Positions 1-8,089 of a stretch of DNA of 64,000 nucleotides are shown here, in pieces (position 1 is the stretch's first letter; each line of letters starts with the position of its first letter). The translations under genes were made by a program, and so were the position numbers. The notes beneath the pieces were generated by a model. That model had not been told where the DNA came from. It saw only the letters and a program-made list of their open reading frames with translations, and searched no databases. The stretch comes from Alphaproteobacteria bacterium (lineage in GTDB: Bacteria > Pseudomonadota > Alphaproteobacteria > RF32 > CAG-239): contig JAGBHO010000054.1 in the NCBI GenBank assembly GCA_017935485.1, forward strand, positions 67,126-131,125, read 5' to 3'.

Positions 1-1
1 C

Positions 2-526
2 ACAACGCGTGAAAAACGGGTCGGAGAGCAGGACGGCGTGGATTATTATTTTATTAATGACCAGCAATATGACGAGTTTCTGGCGCAGGACGCTTTTTAT
101 GAATATGTCAACTCGCAATACGGGCCGCGTTACGGCACGCTGCGGTCGGAGGTGGACAGTTTTATTAATGTCGGGCAGGATGTATTGTTTGATATGGACT
201 GGCTGGGCGCGCGCCAGATGCGTGAGAAAGCCGGCGACGACGTGGTGACGATTTATCTTTTGCCGCCGTCAATCAAAGTTTTGCGCGAGCGGCTGGAAAA
301 GCGGGGAACGGATTCAAAAGAAACGATCGAAAAAAGAATGAGCGTTCTTTTGGACAAGATGAGTCATTGGAATGAATTTGACTATGTTATTGTGAATGAG
401 AATCTTGAAGACACCGTTTTTAAAATCCAAAAAATTATTTCCGGCGAGAGAATGAAGCGGGTTCGCCAGATCGGTCTGCCGGGTTTTGTTAAAGAACTGG
501 TTGCCGAAGCAAAAGAGGGAAAGTAG
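2..526 (+). CDS. gmk: guanylate kinase, 5'-truncated by window edge
   Basis: Frame is open from base 2. Translation starts TTREKRVGEQDGVDYYF (guanylate kinase TTRxxRxGExxGxDYxF motif) and runs into track ORF 38..526. Confidence 0.9.
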   Translation, partial: TTREKRVGEQDGVDYYFINDQQYDEFLAQDAFYEYVNSQYGPRYGTLRSEVDSFINVGQDVLFDMDWLGARQMREKAGDDVVTIYLLPPSIKVLRERLEKRGTDSKETIEKRMSVLLDKMSHWNEFDYVIVNENLEDTVFKIQKIISGERMKRVRQIGLPGFVKELVAEAKEGK

Positions 527-531
527 GACTT

Positions 532-1119
532 TTATTTTTCTTCTTCGTCTTCTTCCGGCGGAATATAAGCCTTAATCTGCTGCCGTTGTTCGGGTTTCAT
601 GACCTTGTAGACAGCGGCGGCGTTTTTTTCGGCACCGGCAACTTTGAGGAAAATGGCCTGCTGGTAGAGGTTGAAAGCATGAACCAGATCTTGCGGAATG
701 CCGATACCGCGGGCATTCATCCAGGCATAAATCTCAACCGCATGCGGGTTGTTTTCGGCAACGCGAAGCAATATCTCGTCCAATTCCACCGGCGTAACAC
801 GGTTTTCCTTAACGGCGAGAACGGCATTTTCCCATTTGCGCTGACGGGCAATACGGGCTTCTTCTTCTATTTTGTATTTGTCAACCAGCGGAATCTGATA
901 AGGCGTGATTTTAGGATCTTCGGCTTTGATTGCCAGCGGAATTTCGGTAATGCCGTCTTCAATCAGAACATCTGGAATTTTGCGGTTTTTAACATAAAGC
1001 GGCAGGTAACCCTCGTTGTCGGATTTTACCAGATCACGGTAGATCTCGTCTAAACTGGTGCTGTGCGCCGGCTTGACGAACAAAAAGGCGAGAAGTGTTA
1101 AAAATGCCAGCTTTTTCAT
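532..1119 (-). CDS. secreted protein with a Sel1/TPR-like repeat, function unknown
   Basis: 195-aa ORF with signal peptide MKKLAFLTLLAFLFVKPAHS. The segment YAWMNARGIGIPQDLVHAFNLYQQA resembles a Sel1 repeat. Confidence 0.6.
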   Translation of the reverse strand: MKKLAFLTLLAFLFVKPAHSTSLDEIYRDLVKSDNEGYLPLYVKNRKIPDVLIEDGITEIPLAIKAEDPKITPYQIPLVDKYKIEEEARIARQRKWENAVLAVKENRVTPVELDEILLRVAENNPHAVEIYAWMNARGIGIPQDLVHAFNLYQQAIFLKVAGAEKNAAAVYKVMKPEQRQQIKAYIPPEEDEEEK

Positions 1120-1242
1120 TTTCTTTGTGTCTTTTTCCTTAATTTTATTGTAATACTACTCAAGACTTGTTACATATTAAAGCAATATTTATGACTTATA
1201 AACAAGGCGCAATATGATTTTATCCGGTTGTCGGGAGGCAAA

Positions 1243-2178
1243 ATGAGAAAGATTTATAATTCAATTACGGAAATGGTGGGGCATACGCCGCTGCTGAAAT
1301 TGTCCCGTCTGGCAAAAAAACATAAGCTGAAGGCAAAGCTTTTGGGAAAATGCGAGGCGTATAATCCGGTTTTTTCGGTCAAAGACCGTGTGGCCAAGCA
1401 AATGTTGGAAAATGCCGAGAAATCCGGTTTGGTGACCGAAGATACGGTTTTTGTGGAGGCGACGTCCGGCAATACCGGCATTGCGCTGGCGGCAATGAGC
1501 GCAGCCAAGGGATATAAGCTGGTGATTACCATGCCGGAGAATATGTCAAAAGAAAGGATTATGCTGATGCGTCTTTTCGGCACCGAGGTTATTCTGACAC
1601 CGGCGGAAGACGGAATGTCCGGCGCTATCGCCAAGGCTGACATGCTGGCAGAAAAAAATCCGAATGTGATTTTGCTGCGTCAGTTTGAAAACCCGGCGAA
1701 TCCGGAAGCGCATAAGCTGGGGACCGGAATTGAGATATTTGAAGATACCGGCGGGGAGGTCGATGCCGTTGTTATTGCCGTCGGAACGTCCGGAACGCTG
1801 AACGGCGTTGCTTCTACGCTGAAAAGTTATAATCCCGATTTGTATGTGGCGGCGGTTGAGCCGAAAAACAGTGCGGTTTTGAGCGGCGGGGATAAGGGCG
1901 CTCATAAAATTCCGGGAATCGGTGCCGGATTTGTACCGGTATTTTATGACGCTTCGCTGGTTGACGAGGTTTTTGACATTGCGGACGAAGCGGCGGCAGC
2001 AATGGCCAGAGAATGTGCACAGACAGAGGGGCTGCCGGTGGGAATTTCGGCCGGTGCGGCACTTTCCGCCGCTGCAGAACTCGGTCGGAGGGATGAGATG
2101 AAAGGCAAAACGATTGTCGTTATTCTGCCTGATGCGGCCGAGCGCTATCTTTCAACCGGATTATTGGAGCAGGACTAA
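1243..2178 (+). CDS. cysK: cysteine synthase A (O-acetylserine sulfhydrylase)
   Basis: ATG at 1243 is preceded by a GGGAGG SD; the track ORF begins at upstream TTG 1228. Contains the PLP-lysine motif SVKDR and the SGNTG loop. Confidence 0.93.
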   Translation: MRKIYNSITEMVGHTPLLKLSRLAKKHKLKAKLLGKCEAYNPVFSVKDRVAKQMLENAEKSGLVTEDTVFVEATSGNTGIALAAMSAAKGYKLVITMPENMSKERIMLMRLFGTEVILTPAEDGMSGAIAKADMLAEKNPNVILLRQFENPANPEAHKLGTGIEIFEDTGGEVDAVVIAVGTSGTLNGVASTLKSYNPDLYVAAVEPKNSAVLSGGDKGAHKIPGIGAGFVPVFYDASLVDEVFDIADEAAAAMARECAQTEGLPVGISAGAALSAAAELGRRDEMKGKTIVVILPDAAERYLSTGLLEQD

Positions 2179-2183
2179 AAATT

Positions 2184-3125
2184 ATGTTGTTTGATAAAGT
2201 TGCGATTATCGGCGTCGGATTAATCGGTTCGTCTCTGGCACGGGTTATCCGCCATAATCATTTGGCGAAAGTTATTACCGGTTTTGACAATAATCCGGAA
2301 TATCTTTGCAAAGCCAAAGAAATCGGCGTTATTGACGAAGCGTTCGAGAGTGCGGCCGGAGCGGCTGCCGATGCCGATTTGGTGGTTTTGGCAACACCGG
2401 TCGGAGCATATGGCGCGATTAGCGCCGAGATAGTGTCGGTGATGAAAAAAGGGGCGGTAATTACGGATGTTGGCTCGGTCAAAAAATATGCTGCTGCGGA
2501 AATCGAAAAACATATTCCGTCTGAAAGCGGGATTGTGTATGTTCCCGGACATCCGGTTGCCGGTACCGAAAAATCCGGTCCGGAAGCCGGATTTCTGGAA
2601 TTGTTTGAAGGGCGCTGGTGTATTTTGACGCCCGGAAAATTTGCAACGCCGGAAGCAACGGCAAAAGTTTCGGCAATGTGGCAGGCCGCAAAGATGAAAA
2701 TAGACACGATGACGCCGGAACATCATGACAAGGTTATGGCGGCGGTTTCGCATCTTCCGCACCTGATCGCCTTTTCCATTGTCGGAACGGTGGCTGATTT
2801 GGAAGGGTATGAAAAGCAGGAGATTATTAAATATTCGGCTTCCGGTTTTCGGGATTTTACCCGTATTGCCGGTTCCGATCCGACAATGTGGCGGGATATT
2901 CTGCTGAATAATAAAGAGACTATTCTGGAATTGATTCAGCGCTTTGTCGAGGATTTGATCGCATTGCAGCGCAATATCCGCTGGGATGAGGGCGATAGGC
3001 TGTTTGAACTTTTTTCGCGAACGCAGAAAATCCGTAAAGAAGTTATTGAAGCCAAGCAGGATCAGCCGGAAACCGAAAAGAAAATTCTGGCTGAACTCAG
3101 CCGTGAGAATAGTCTTGATAAATGA
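2184..3125 (+). CDS. tyrA: prephenate/arogenate (cyclohexadienyl) dehydrogenase
   Basis: 313 aa with N-terminal Rossmann motif IIGVGLIGSS and an HPVAGTEKSG core typical of the TyrA family. Confidence 0.88.
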   Translation: MLFDKVAIIGVGLIGSSLARVIRHNHLAKVITGFDNNPEYLCKAKEIGVIDEAFESAAGAAADADLVVLATPVGAYGAISAEIVSVMKKGAVITDVGSVKKYAAAEIEKHIPSESGIVYVPGHPVAGTEKSGPEAGFLELFEGRWCILTPGKFATPEATAKVSAMWQAAKMKIDTMTPEHHDKVMAAVSHLPHLIAFSIVGTVADLEGYEKQEIIKYSASGFRDFTRIAGSDPTMWRDILLNNKETILELIQRFVEDLIALQRNIRWDEGDRLFELFSRTQKIRKEVIEAKQDQPETEKKILAELSRENSLDK

Positions 3126-3173
3126 GAGATTATTTTATATTCTGAACAGAAATGAACTAGTGATTGGATAAAC

Positions 3174-4280
3174 ATGAACCCGCAGTCTATTCTTGGAAAA
3201 TATTTGACCAAACAGATTATTTACAATTTTTTGGCCGTCTTGCTGATGGTTATGGGGATTGTCATGCTGTTTGAAGTGGTTGAACTGCTGCGCCGCGCTT
3301 CCGGACGTGATGACGCTTCTTTCGGTTTTATTATGCAGATGGCTTTTACCAAGCTGCCCAAAACGGTTGAGATGGTTTTTCCGTTTGTGATGATGATTGC
3401 GGCGATGATTACTTTTTGGAAGCTCAGCAAAAGCAACGAGTTTGTGATTATCCGCAGTGCAGGTGTTTCAATCTGGGGGTTTTTGGCGCCGGTGTTGCTT
3501 GCAACTTTTTTAATCGGCGTGGTGAACGTGACGGTTGTGAATCCGATTTCCGCGCGAATGAACGAGCTGTATGAAACGTTGAATTATCGTTTTAAGACCC
3601 GTAACCCCAAAGCGGTTTTGTTTTCCGAAAAAGGATTGTGGCTGCGGGAAGCAATTGCTGCCGACAAGTTTCTTTATTTACAGGCAAAGTCCGTGCGTCA
3701 GGAACAAGACAGCCTTTTTTTACGCGGCGTGACGATTTTGGAAATGAACAGGGAATCGCAGAATTTGCGGCGGGTAGAGGCTTATGCCGCCAATCTGAAA
3801 GGCGATGAATTTGAGCTGATTAACGTTAAGGTTTACGAACCCGGAAAACCGACGCTTTCTCTCGATAAGGTTATGTATAAGACAACGTTGACGATTGAAC
3901 GGATTAAAGAGAATTTTGTGGAACCGGAATCTATTTCTTTTTGGGATTTGCCGGATACCATTCGTTTTTATGAAATGTCAGGCTTTTCGGCGCAAAAGCA
4001 CTGGCTGCGCTATCTTTCCCTGCTGGCTTCGCCCTTTTTGCTCTGTTCCATGGTTCTTGTTGCCGCCGTTTTTGCCCTGCGTCCGAACAACCGGCGGGGT
4101 GGGGTGATGTATCTGATTGTCGGCGGCCTTTCCACCGGTTTTATTGTTTATTTTATGTCGCAGGTTATTTATGCTTTCGGCGTTAACAATGTTATTCCCG
4201 GTTTTTTGGCGGTTTGGACGCCGGCGTTAATTGTGATGATGATTAGTGTGTCGGTTCTTCTCCATCTCGAAGACGGGTAA
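3174..4280 (+). CDS. LPS export ABC permease, LptF/LptG (YjgP/YjgQ) family
   Basis: 368 aa with three N-terminal TM segments, a large periplasmic loop and three C-terminal TM segments, as in LptF/LptG. I cannot tell F from G by eye. Confidence 0.85.
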   Translation: MNPQSILGKYLTKQIIYNFLAVLLMVMGIVMLFEVVELLRRASGRDDASFGFIMQMAFTKLPKTVEMVFPFVMMIAAMITFWKLSKSNEFVIIRSAGVSIWGFLAPVLLATFLIGVVNVTVVNPISARMNELYETLNYRFKTRNPKAVLFSEKGLWLREAIAADKFLYLQAKSVRQEQDSLFLRGVTILEMNRESQNLRRVEAYAANLKGDEFELINVKVYEPGKPTLSLDKVMYKTTLTIERIKENFVEPESISFWDLPDTIRFYEMSGFSAQKHWLRYLSLLASPFLLCSMVLVAAVFALRPNNRRGGVMYLIVGGLSTGFIVYFMSQVIYAFGVNNVIPGFLAVWTPALIVMMISVSVLLHLEDG

Positions 4281-4404
4281 AAACTGCGTATAATGGCCGA
4301 CTAATACAGATTTAGCGGGATGGAGAAATGCTCATGTACTATTTTGTACACTCCGCTTTCTCCACCCTAAAATCTTATTATTCGGCTCATTCTCCGCAGT
4401 TTTT
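4280..4404 (+). repeat. nested-palindrome element unit A1 (full 125-bp unit with outer arms)
   Basis: Outer arms TAAAAACTGCG / CGCAGTTTTTA, second arms cgTATAATGGccgac / tcggCTCATTCTCcg, then TAATACAGA-stem-core(CTCATGTAC..GTACACTCC)-stem-CTTATTAT. Starts at the last A of the TAA stop. Confidence 0.9.
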
Positions 4405-4429
4405 ATAAAAACCGCGCAATACGGACGCT

Positions 4430-4509
4430 TAATACAGAAAAAGAAAATCCGGCTAAGTTACGTACGTCTATGTACGTGCCTGTCGCCGGATTTTCTTTTT
4501 CTTATTATC
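4430..4509 (+). repeat. nested-palindrome element unit A2 (80-bp inner unit)
   Basis: TAATACAGA + agaaaaagaaaatccggc / gccggattttctttttct perfect 18-bp stem around the loop taagttacgtacgtctatgtacgtgcctgtc, then CTTATTAT. Confidence 0.9.
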
Positions 4510-4512
4510 CGT

Positions 4513-4575
4513 CTTAGGCATCCAGGCGCGCTGCGGTTGCTCACGCTTTCCTTGCTTGCCAAGATGTTCCAAAGA
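4513..4575 (+). repeat. 63-nt tail module of the element array (copy 1 of 2)
   Basis: cttaggcatccaggcgcgctgcggttgctcacgctttccttgcttgccaagatgttccaaaga. A near-identical copy lies at 44535..44597, and its 28-nt core recurs at 28121 and 28513. Confidence 0.85.
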
Positions 4576-4585
4576 GCTTGCAGAC

Positions 4586-4613
4586 AAAAACAACCGGAGC
4601 AGCGGTTGTTTTT
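4586..4613. terminator. bidirectional intrinsic terminator
   Basis: aaaaacaaccg-gagcag-cggttgttttt: 11-bp stem with an A-run and a T-run, between convergent genes. Confidence 0.7.
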
Positions 4614-4672
4614 ACTTAGCGCTTCTATCGCGTTTTTTACAGCGGCCTGAAAGGGAAGACAGTTATCGGATT

Positions 4673-6037
4673 TTATTCTTCCAGCAGATTCAGGCTTTGG
4701 CTGGTTTTGGCAATGTCGGCCGTGATTTTGCGGGTTTCTTCGATGTTATCGGCGTTTTCAAAAACATACAGGGCGTCGTGGAAATATTCCAGAGCTTCTT
4801 CGAGCAGGGCTTTATCACCGGCATTTTTTCCGAGCCGGTAATAGATTTCGCCGATATGTTCCTGACTCTTGGCCCATTCCAACGGTTTGCGGCGTTCGGT
4901 GATGACCTTTTGCTGGTTTTTATAGCTGGAAATTGCCAATTCCGAAATTTCTTCGCTTTTGGTGAAGTTGCCGAGAAGCCCCAGCATATAGCCTAACTCA
5001 CTTTGAATCTGTGCCCAGAATTCCGGAAATAAAGACAAGGTATAAATTTTTTCGGTTTCCCGCAGCTGAAAGACGGCATCACGCAACGCCTGAATATCTT
5101 CTTTGTACAGCCAGTAGCTTAAAAACAAGTGTGACAGTTTGTATGAAATATAACCATAGTCGTAAGGATAATTATATTTGCTCAGATAGCGCTGTGCCTG
5201 CCGGTAATAGTTGATTGCTTCTTTGAAGTGACGGGCAGATTGTTTGGGGATGTATTTTGTGGAACAGTCATATAATTGTCCGAGGTGGTTGTATATGCAT
5301 CCCAAATGGATTGGCGCGGTTATCAGATCCTGATGTTTTAAGGCCGTATCAAACAGGTTTTTGACAATTTTAAAATCTTTGCCCTGACCGCGGTCAAAAC
5401 AATAACTCAGGTAGATAATGCCCAGAAAATTCATGATGTAAGGCATGTATTCGATAGAAAGGTTTTTGGCCGAATCGTCTTTGGTCAAAAAGCTTATTAT
5501 CCTTTTGAGCAGGTATCTTTTTTGAATTTTTTTCTCGCGGGAAAAAGTGTTCAGCGAGCTTACAACCGCGCCGTAAATCAGGTTGCCTACAGCCGGCGGA
5601 ATCGGTTGTCCGGAAGAGAGAAGTTCTGCCGGAATATATAGGCTGTCAAGCAATGAAACAAAAGCGCAGTCTTCGTTTTCATATTGTTTTTCGGTTTGGA
5701 AATTGAGCCTGATTTTGCTGCCTTCGCGATAGCCCCAAATCAAAACATCGGCCTGTGTTTTATCCAAAATGGTTTGGCCGCGGTCAATGAGGTCAAAAAG
5801 TGTCCGGCTTTCCAGATTTAAAAAAGTTTTAGAAAAAGGTTCGTCAAAATAAGACACTTCCAGACCGTCTTTGCTGCTGAGCAGGCGGGCAATCACTTCA
5901 CCGCTGTTGCTTTCAATGTTTTCCGAGAATTCAACGACGACAACCTTGAACTTTATTAAGTCCATGGCATTTGCGGCCGGATTTATATGATCCGGATGAG
6001 AATGGAAAATTTTATGAACAAAATCTGTCAGCCGCAT
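4673..6037 (-). CDS. TPR-like repeat protein, function unknown
   Basis: 454 aa. Its start overlaps the stop of the upstream gene at 6037. The C-terminal half is helical TPR-like repeats with no catalytic motif seen. Confidence 0.7.
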   Translation of the reverse strand: MRLTDFVHKIFHSHPDHINPAANAMDLIKFKVVVVEFSENIESNSGEVIARLLSSKDGLEVSYFDEPFSKTFLNLESRTLFDLIDRGQTILDKTQADVLIWGYREGSKIRLNFQTEKQYENEDCAFVSLLDSLYIPAELLSSGQPIPPAVGNLIYGAVVSSLNTFSREKKIQKRYLLKRIISFLTKDDSAKNLSIEYMPYIMNFLGIIYLSYCFDRGQGKDFKIVKNLFDTALKHQDLITAPIHLGCIYNHLGQLYDCSTKYIPKQSARHFKEAINYYRQAQRYLSKYNYPYDYGYISYKLSHLFLSYWLYKEDIQALRDAVFQLRETEKIYTLSLFPEFWAQIQSELGYMLGLLGNFTKSEEISELAISSYKNQQKVITERRKPLEWAKSQEHIGEIYYRLGKNAGDKALLEEALEYFHDALYVFENADNIEETRKITADIAKTSQSLNLLEE

Positions 6038-7107
6038 CAGTTTTCTTTGTCCTTGTTTATGGTATCTTTGATTTCTTCAAAATTATTTTTGATTTCGTTA
6101 ATTACGTTTCTGTTCATTTCACGAAAGCTCCGGTTGGCGTCCTGCCAGTTTTTTACCTTGCTCAGATACCAGACGGTAATGATTGCGCTTAAGACCGGAA
6201 TGGAATAGATATTTGAGGAATAGGCTTCAAAATAGCCTAAAACGATCATGACGATTTCCAGCCGCAAAATATTGTTGGCGATGTTTTCCGGAGAAAGGCC
6301 GGAAACGTTGGCCTGAAAATAAGCGGTGTTGGTGATGACATCGGCATATTTGTCTCTTAAGAACAGGGTTTGCAACAAAGCCCAGGAGATTTCTATTATG
6401 TAGAACATGTTAAAAATGACAATACTCGGCGCGGCTCCTTCCGAGACAGCGCGGAAAACAAGGCCGCCGAGCAGAAAGCCCAGAGCCGTGCAGCCGGCTT
6501 CGGATAATTGCAGGCGGGCAGGGTACCAGTTGAAAACCAAAAACGCAGCGATGACGGCTGCCAGAATCAAAGCGATTGCGCCAAGCATAAAAGGCAGCGC
6601 CGCAGCTAAAGACAAAAAGAAAATACCAGTGCAGACTGCCATGGCATGCAGTCCGGCAACAGTTTCTATACCATTTAAAAAACGGTACAAAAAGCTGAAT
6701 AAAAACCAGAGCAAGGTTATCAGCGGGATGCTGAAAAACGGTGGGATTTGGGAAAATGCAGAAATTTCCTGCGGCATGAAAAGGCTTAAAACCGCAGCGC
6801 AGCTTAAGATGGCCAGGCTGATGTATTTGGTGTCAAAACGGGAGGAAACATAAAAAATGACGGCGGAAGCTGCCAATAATGCCGGAAGTTCCCATAAAAC
6901 ATATTCGTTTATGAAATCATTGTCTTGCCGGAAAGCAATACTCAGCCCCAGGGCAAATACGGCAAAAATGCCGAAGATGATGACAAATGGCGAAAACGGA
7001 ATTTTACTTTGGGCAATCCGTATCCGGTTCAGAACATAAAAACAGCCAAAGCCCAAGAAAAAGCTTGCGGCCGTACAGATTATCAAAAGAGTGTTTTCAA
7101 AATTCAT
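6037..7107 (-). CDS. divergent MraY/WecA-like (GT4) polytopic membrane protein
   Basis: 356 aa, multi-TM. NGIETVAGL and FNWYPARLQLSEAGC line up with the NxxDGxDGL and FNxxPAxxFMGDxGS motifs, but with Asp replaced by Glu/Ala. Confidence 0.6.
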   Translation of the reverse strand: MNFENTLLIICTAASFFLGFGCFYVLNRIRIAQSKIPFSPFVIIFGIFAVFALGLSIAFRQDNDFINEYVLWELPALLAASAVIFYVSSRFDTKYISLAILSCAAVLSLFMPQEISAFSQIPPFFSIPLITLLWFLFSFLYRFLNGIETVAGLHAMAVCTGIFFLSLAAALPFMLGAIALILAAVIAAFLVFNWYPARLQLSEAGCTALGFLLGGLVFRAVSEGAAPSIVIFNMFYIIEISWALLQTLFLRDKYADVITNTAYFQANVSGLSPENIANNILRLEIVMIVLGYFEAYSSNIYSIPVLSAIITVWYLSKVKNWQDANRSFREMNRNVINEIKNNFEEIKDTINKDKEN

Positions 7108-7177
7108 CGCCTGAGTCTTTCTGATTTTTCAGACTATTGTAACTCATTAATTTATTTGTTCAACAAGCAATATGTTT

Positions 7178-8086
7178 TTATACGGAGATATCTTGGGGGC
7201 GCAGTTGTTTTAAGGCCGGAACGGCAAGATTATGCCGGCGGGCGACATTGGTAATAATGCCGTGAATATTGCAGAGTTCCCGTTTGGCCGAATCGTTCGG
7301 GGTTTGTGTGTCGTAAGCGTAGTTTATCGGCGTATTGTAAATTTTTTTCAGAATTTCCTCAGATGTCAAAGAAATGTTTTCTGCGGCGGCCAGTGTGCAG
7401 ATTTCGTTGACGGCAGCATTGACAAGGTTTTGTTTGTCCTTGTTTTTCAGAATATTAAAAATGCTTTGCCGGTAGTGAGCCGAAGCGAGGGCAGAAACGG
7501 CATATCCGGCAAAAGCCTGCCAAAAAACCTGATTTTTATCCTCACAGGTTTGGCATAAAATTTCGGCGCCGTGAAAATAGCTTAAGGCTTTGAGCGAATA
7601 TTCCAGCGTGTTAAACGGTTTGGACAAAGTTACCTGCGGTTCGCCGCCCAAGATAAAAATCTGGTTGTCTTTGGTTTGCAGCCAGCCGTCAAAGCCGGCT
7701 CTTATCGTGTTGTGTTTGAGCAGGCTTTCAATAATCCGAAAATCTGAAAGCATGGAGAAAACAATGACCGGCGCAGCAGAAAAATGGGCGGCAGACAGCA
7801 GCATTAATTCTGATTTCAGGCGGTTGTTCGGCGAGGTTATTATCAGCATTTTAGCTTTTTCCGACGAATAGTGCTGACAAGGAATGCTGATTTTTTGTTT
7901 TTTCAGGCTGTGTTCTTCGCGCAAGCTGATTTCGATTTCTGTCGGACAGTTTTGCCGGGAAGCGACGATAACAGCGTTTTCGCCGGTAAGGATGAACTTG
8001 GCCGCAAGGTATTGGGCGAGCGGCGTGTTTCCCAGAATGTAAACCGGCGGTTTGGCAACGGATGTTTTTTCTTCGGTGTCAGCCAT
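7178..8086 (-). CDS. ketopantoate reductase (ApbA/PanE)-like protein with degenerate dinucleotide motif (tentative)
   Basis: 302 aa with a PanE-like length and C-terminal helical domain. The N-terminal GxGxxG is replaced by ILGNTPLA. Confidence 0.5.
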   Translation of the reverse strand: MADTEEKTSVAKPPVYILGNTPLAQYLAAKFILTGENAVIVASRQNCPTEIEISLREEHSLKKQKISIPCQHYSSEKAKMLIITSPNNRLKSELMLLSAAHFSAAPVIVFSMLSDFRIIESLLKHNTIRAGFDGWLQTKDNQIFILGGEPQVTLSKPFNTLEYSLKALSYFHGAEILCQTCEDKNQVFWQAFAGYAVSALASAHYRQSIFNILKNKDKQNLVNAAVNEICTLAAAENISLTSEEILKKIYNTPINYAYDTQTPNDSAKRELCNIHGIITNVARRHNLAVPALKQLRPQDISV

Positions 8087-8089
8087 GAT

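Noticed and set aside
4289-4294. The cgTATAAT motif inside each full unit acting as an outward or inward promoter (-10 box)
   Set aside because: There is no -35 element at 17 +/- 1 nt in any copy. The TG is two nt from the hexamer rather than one, so it is not a canonical extended -10. The motif pairs with CTCATTCTC on the opposite arm, so it is better explained as part of the stem. Promoter activity cannot be excluded without data.
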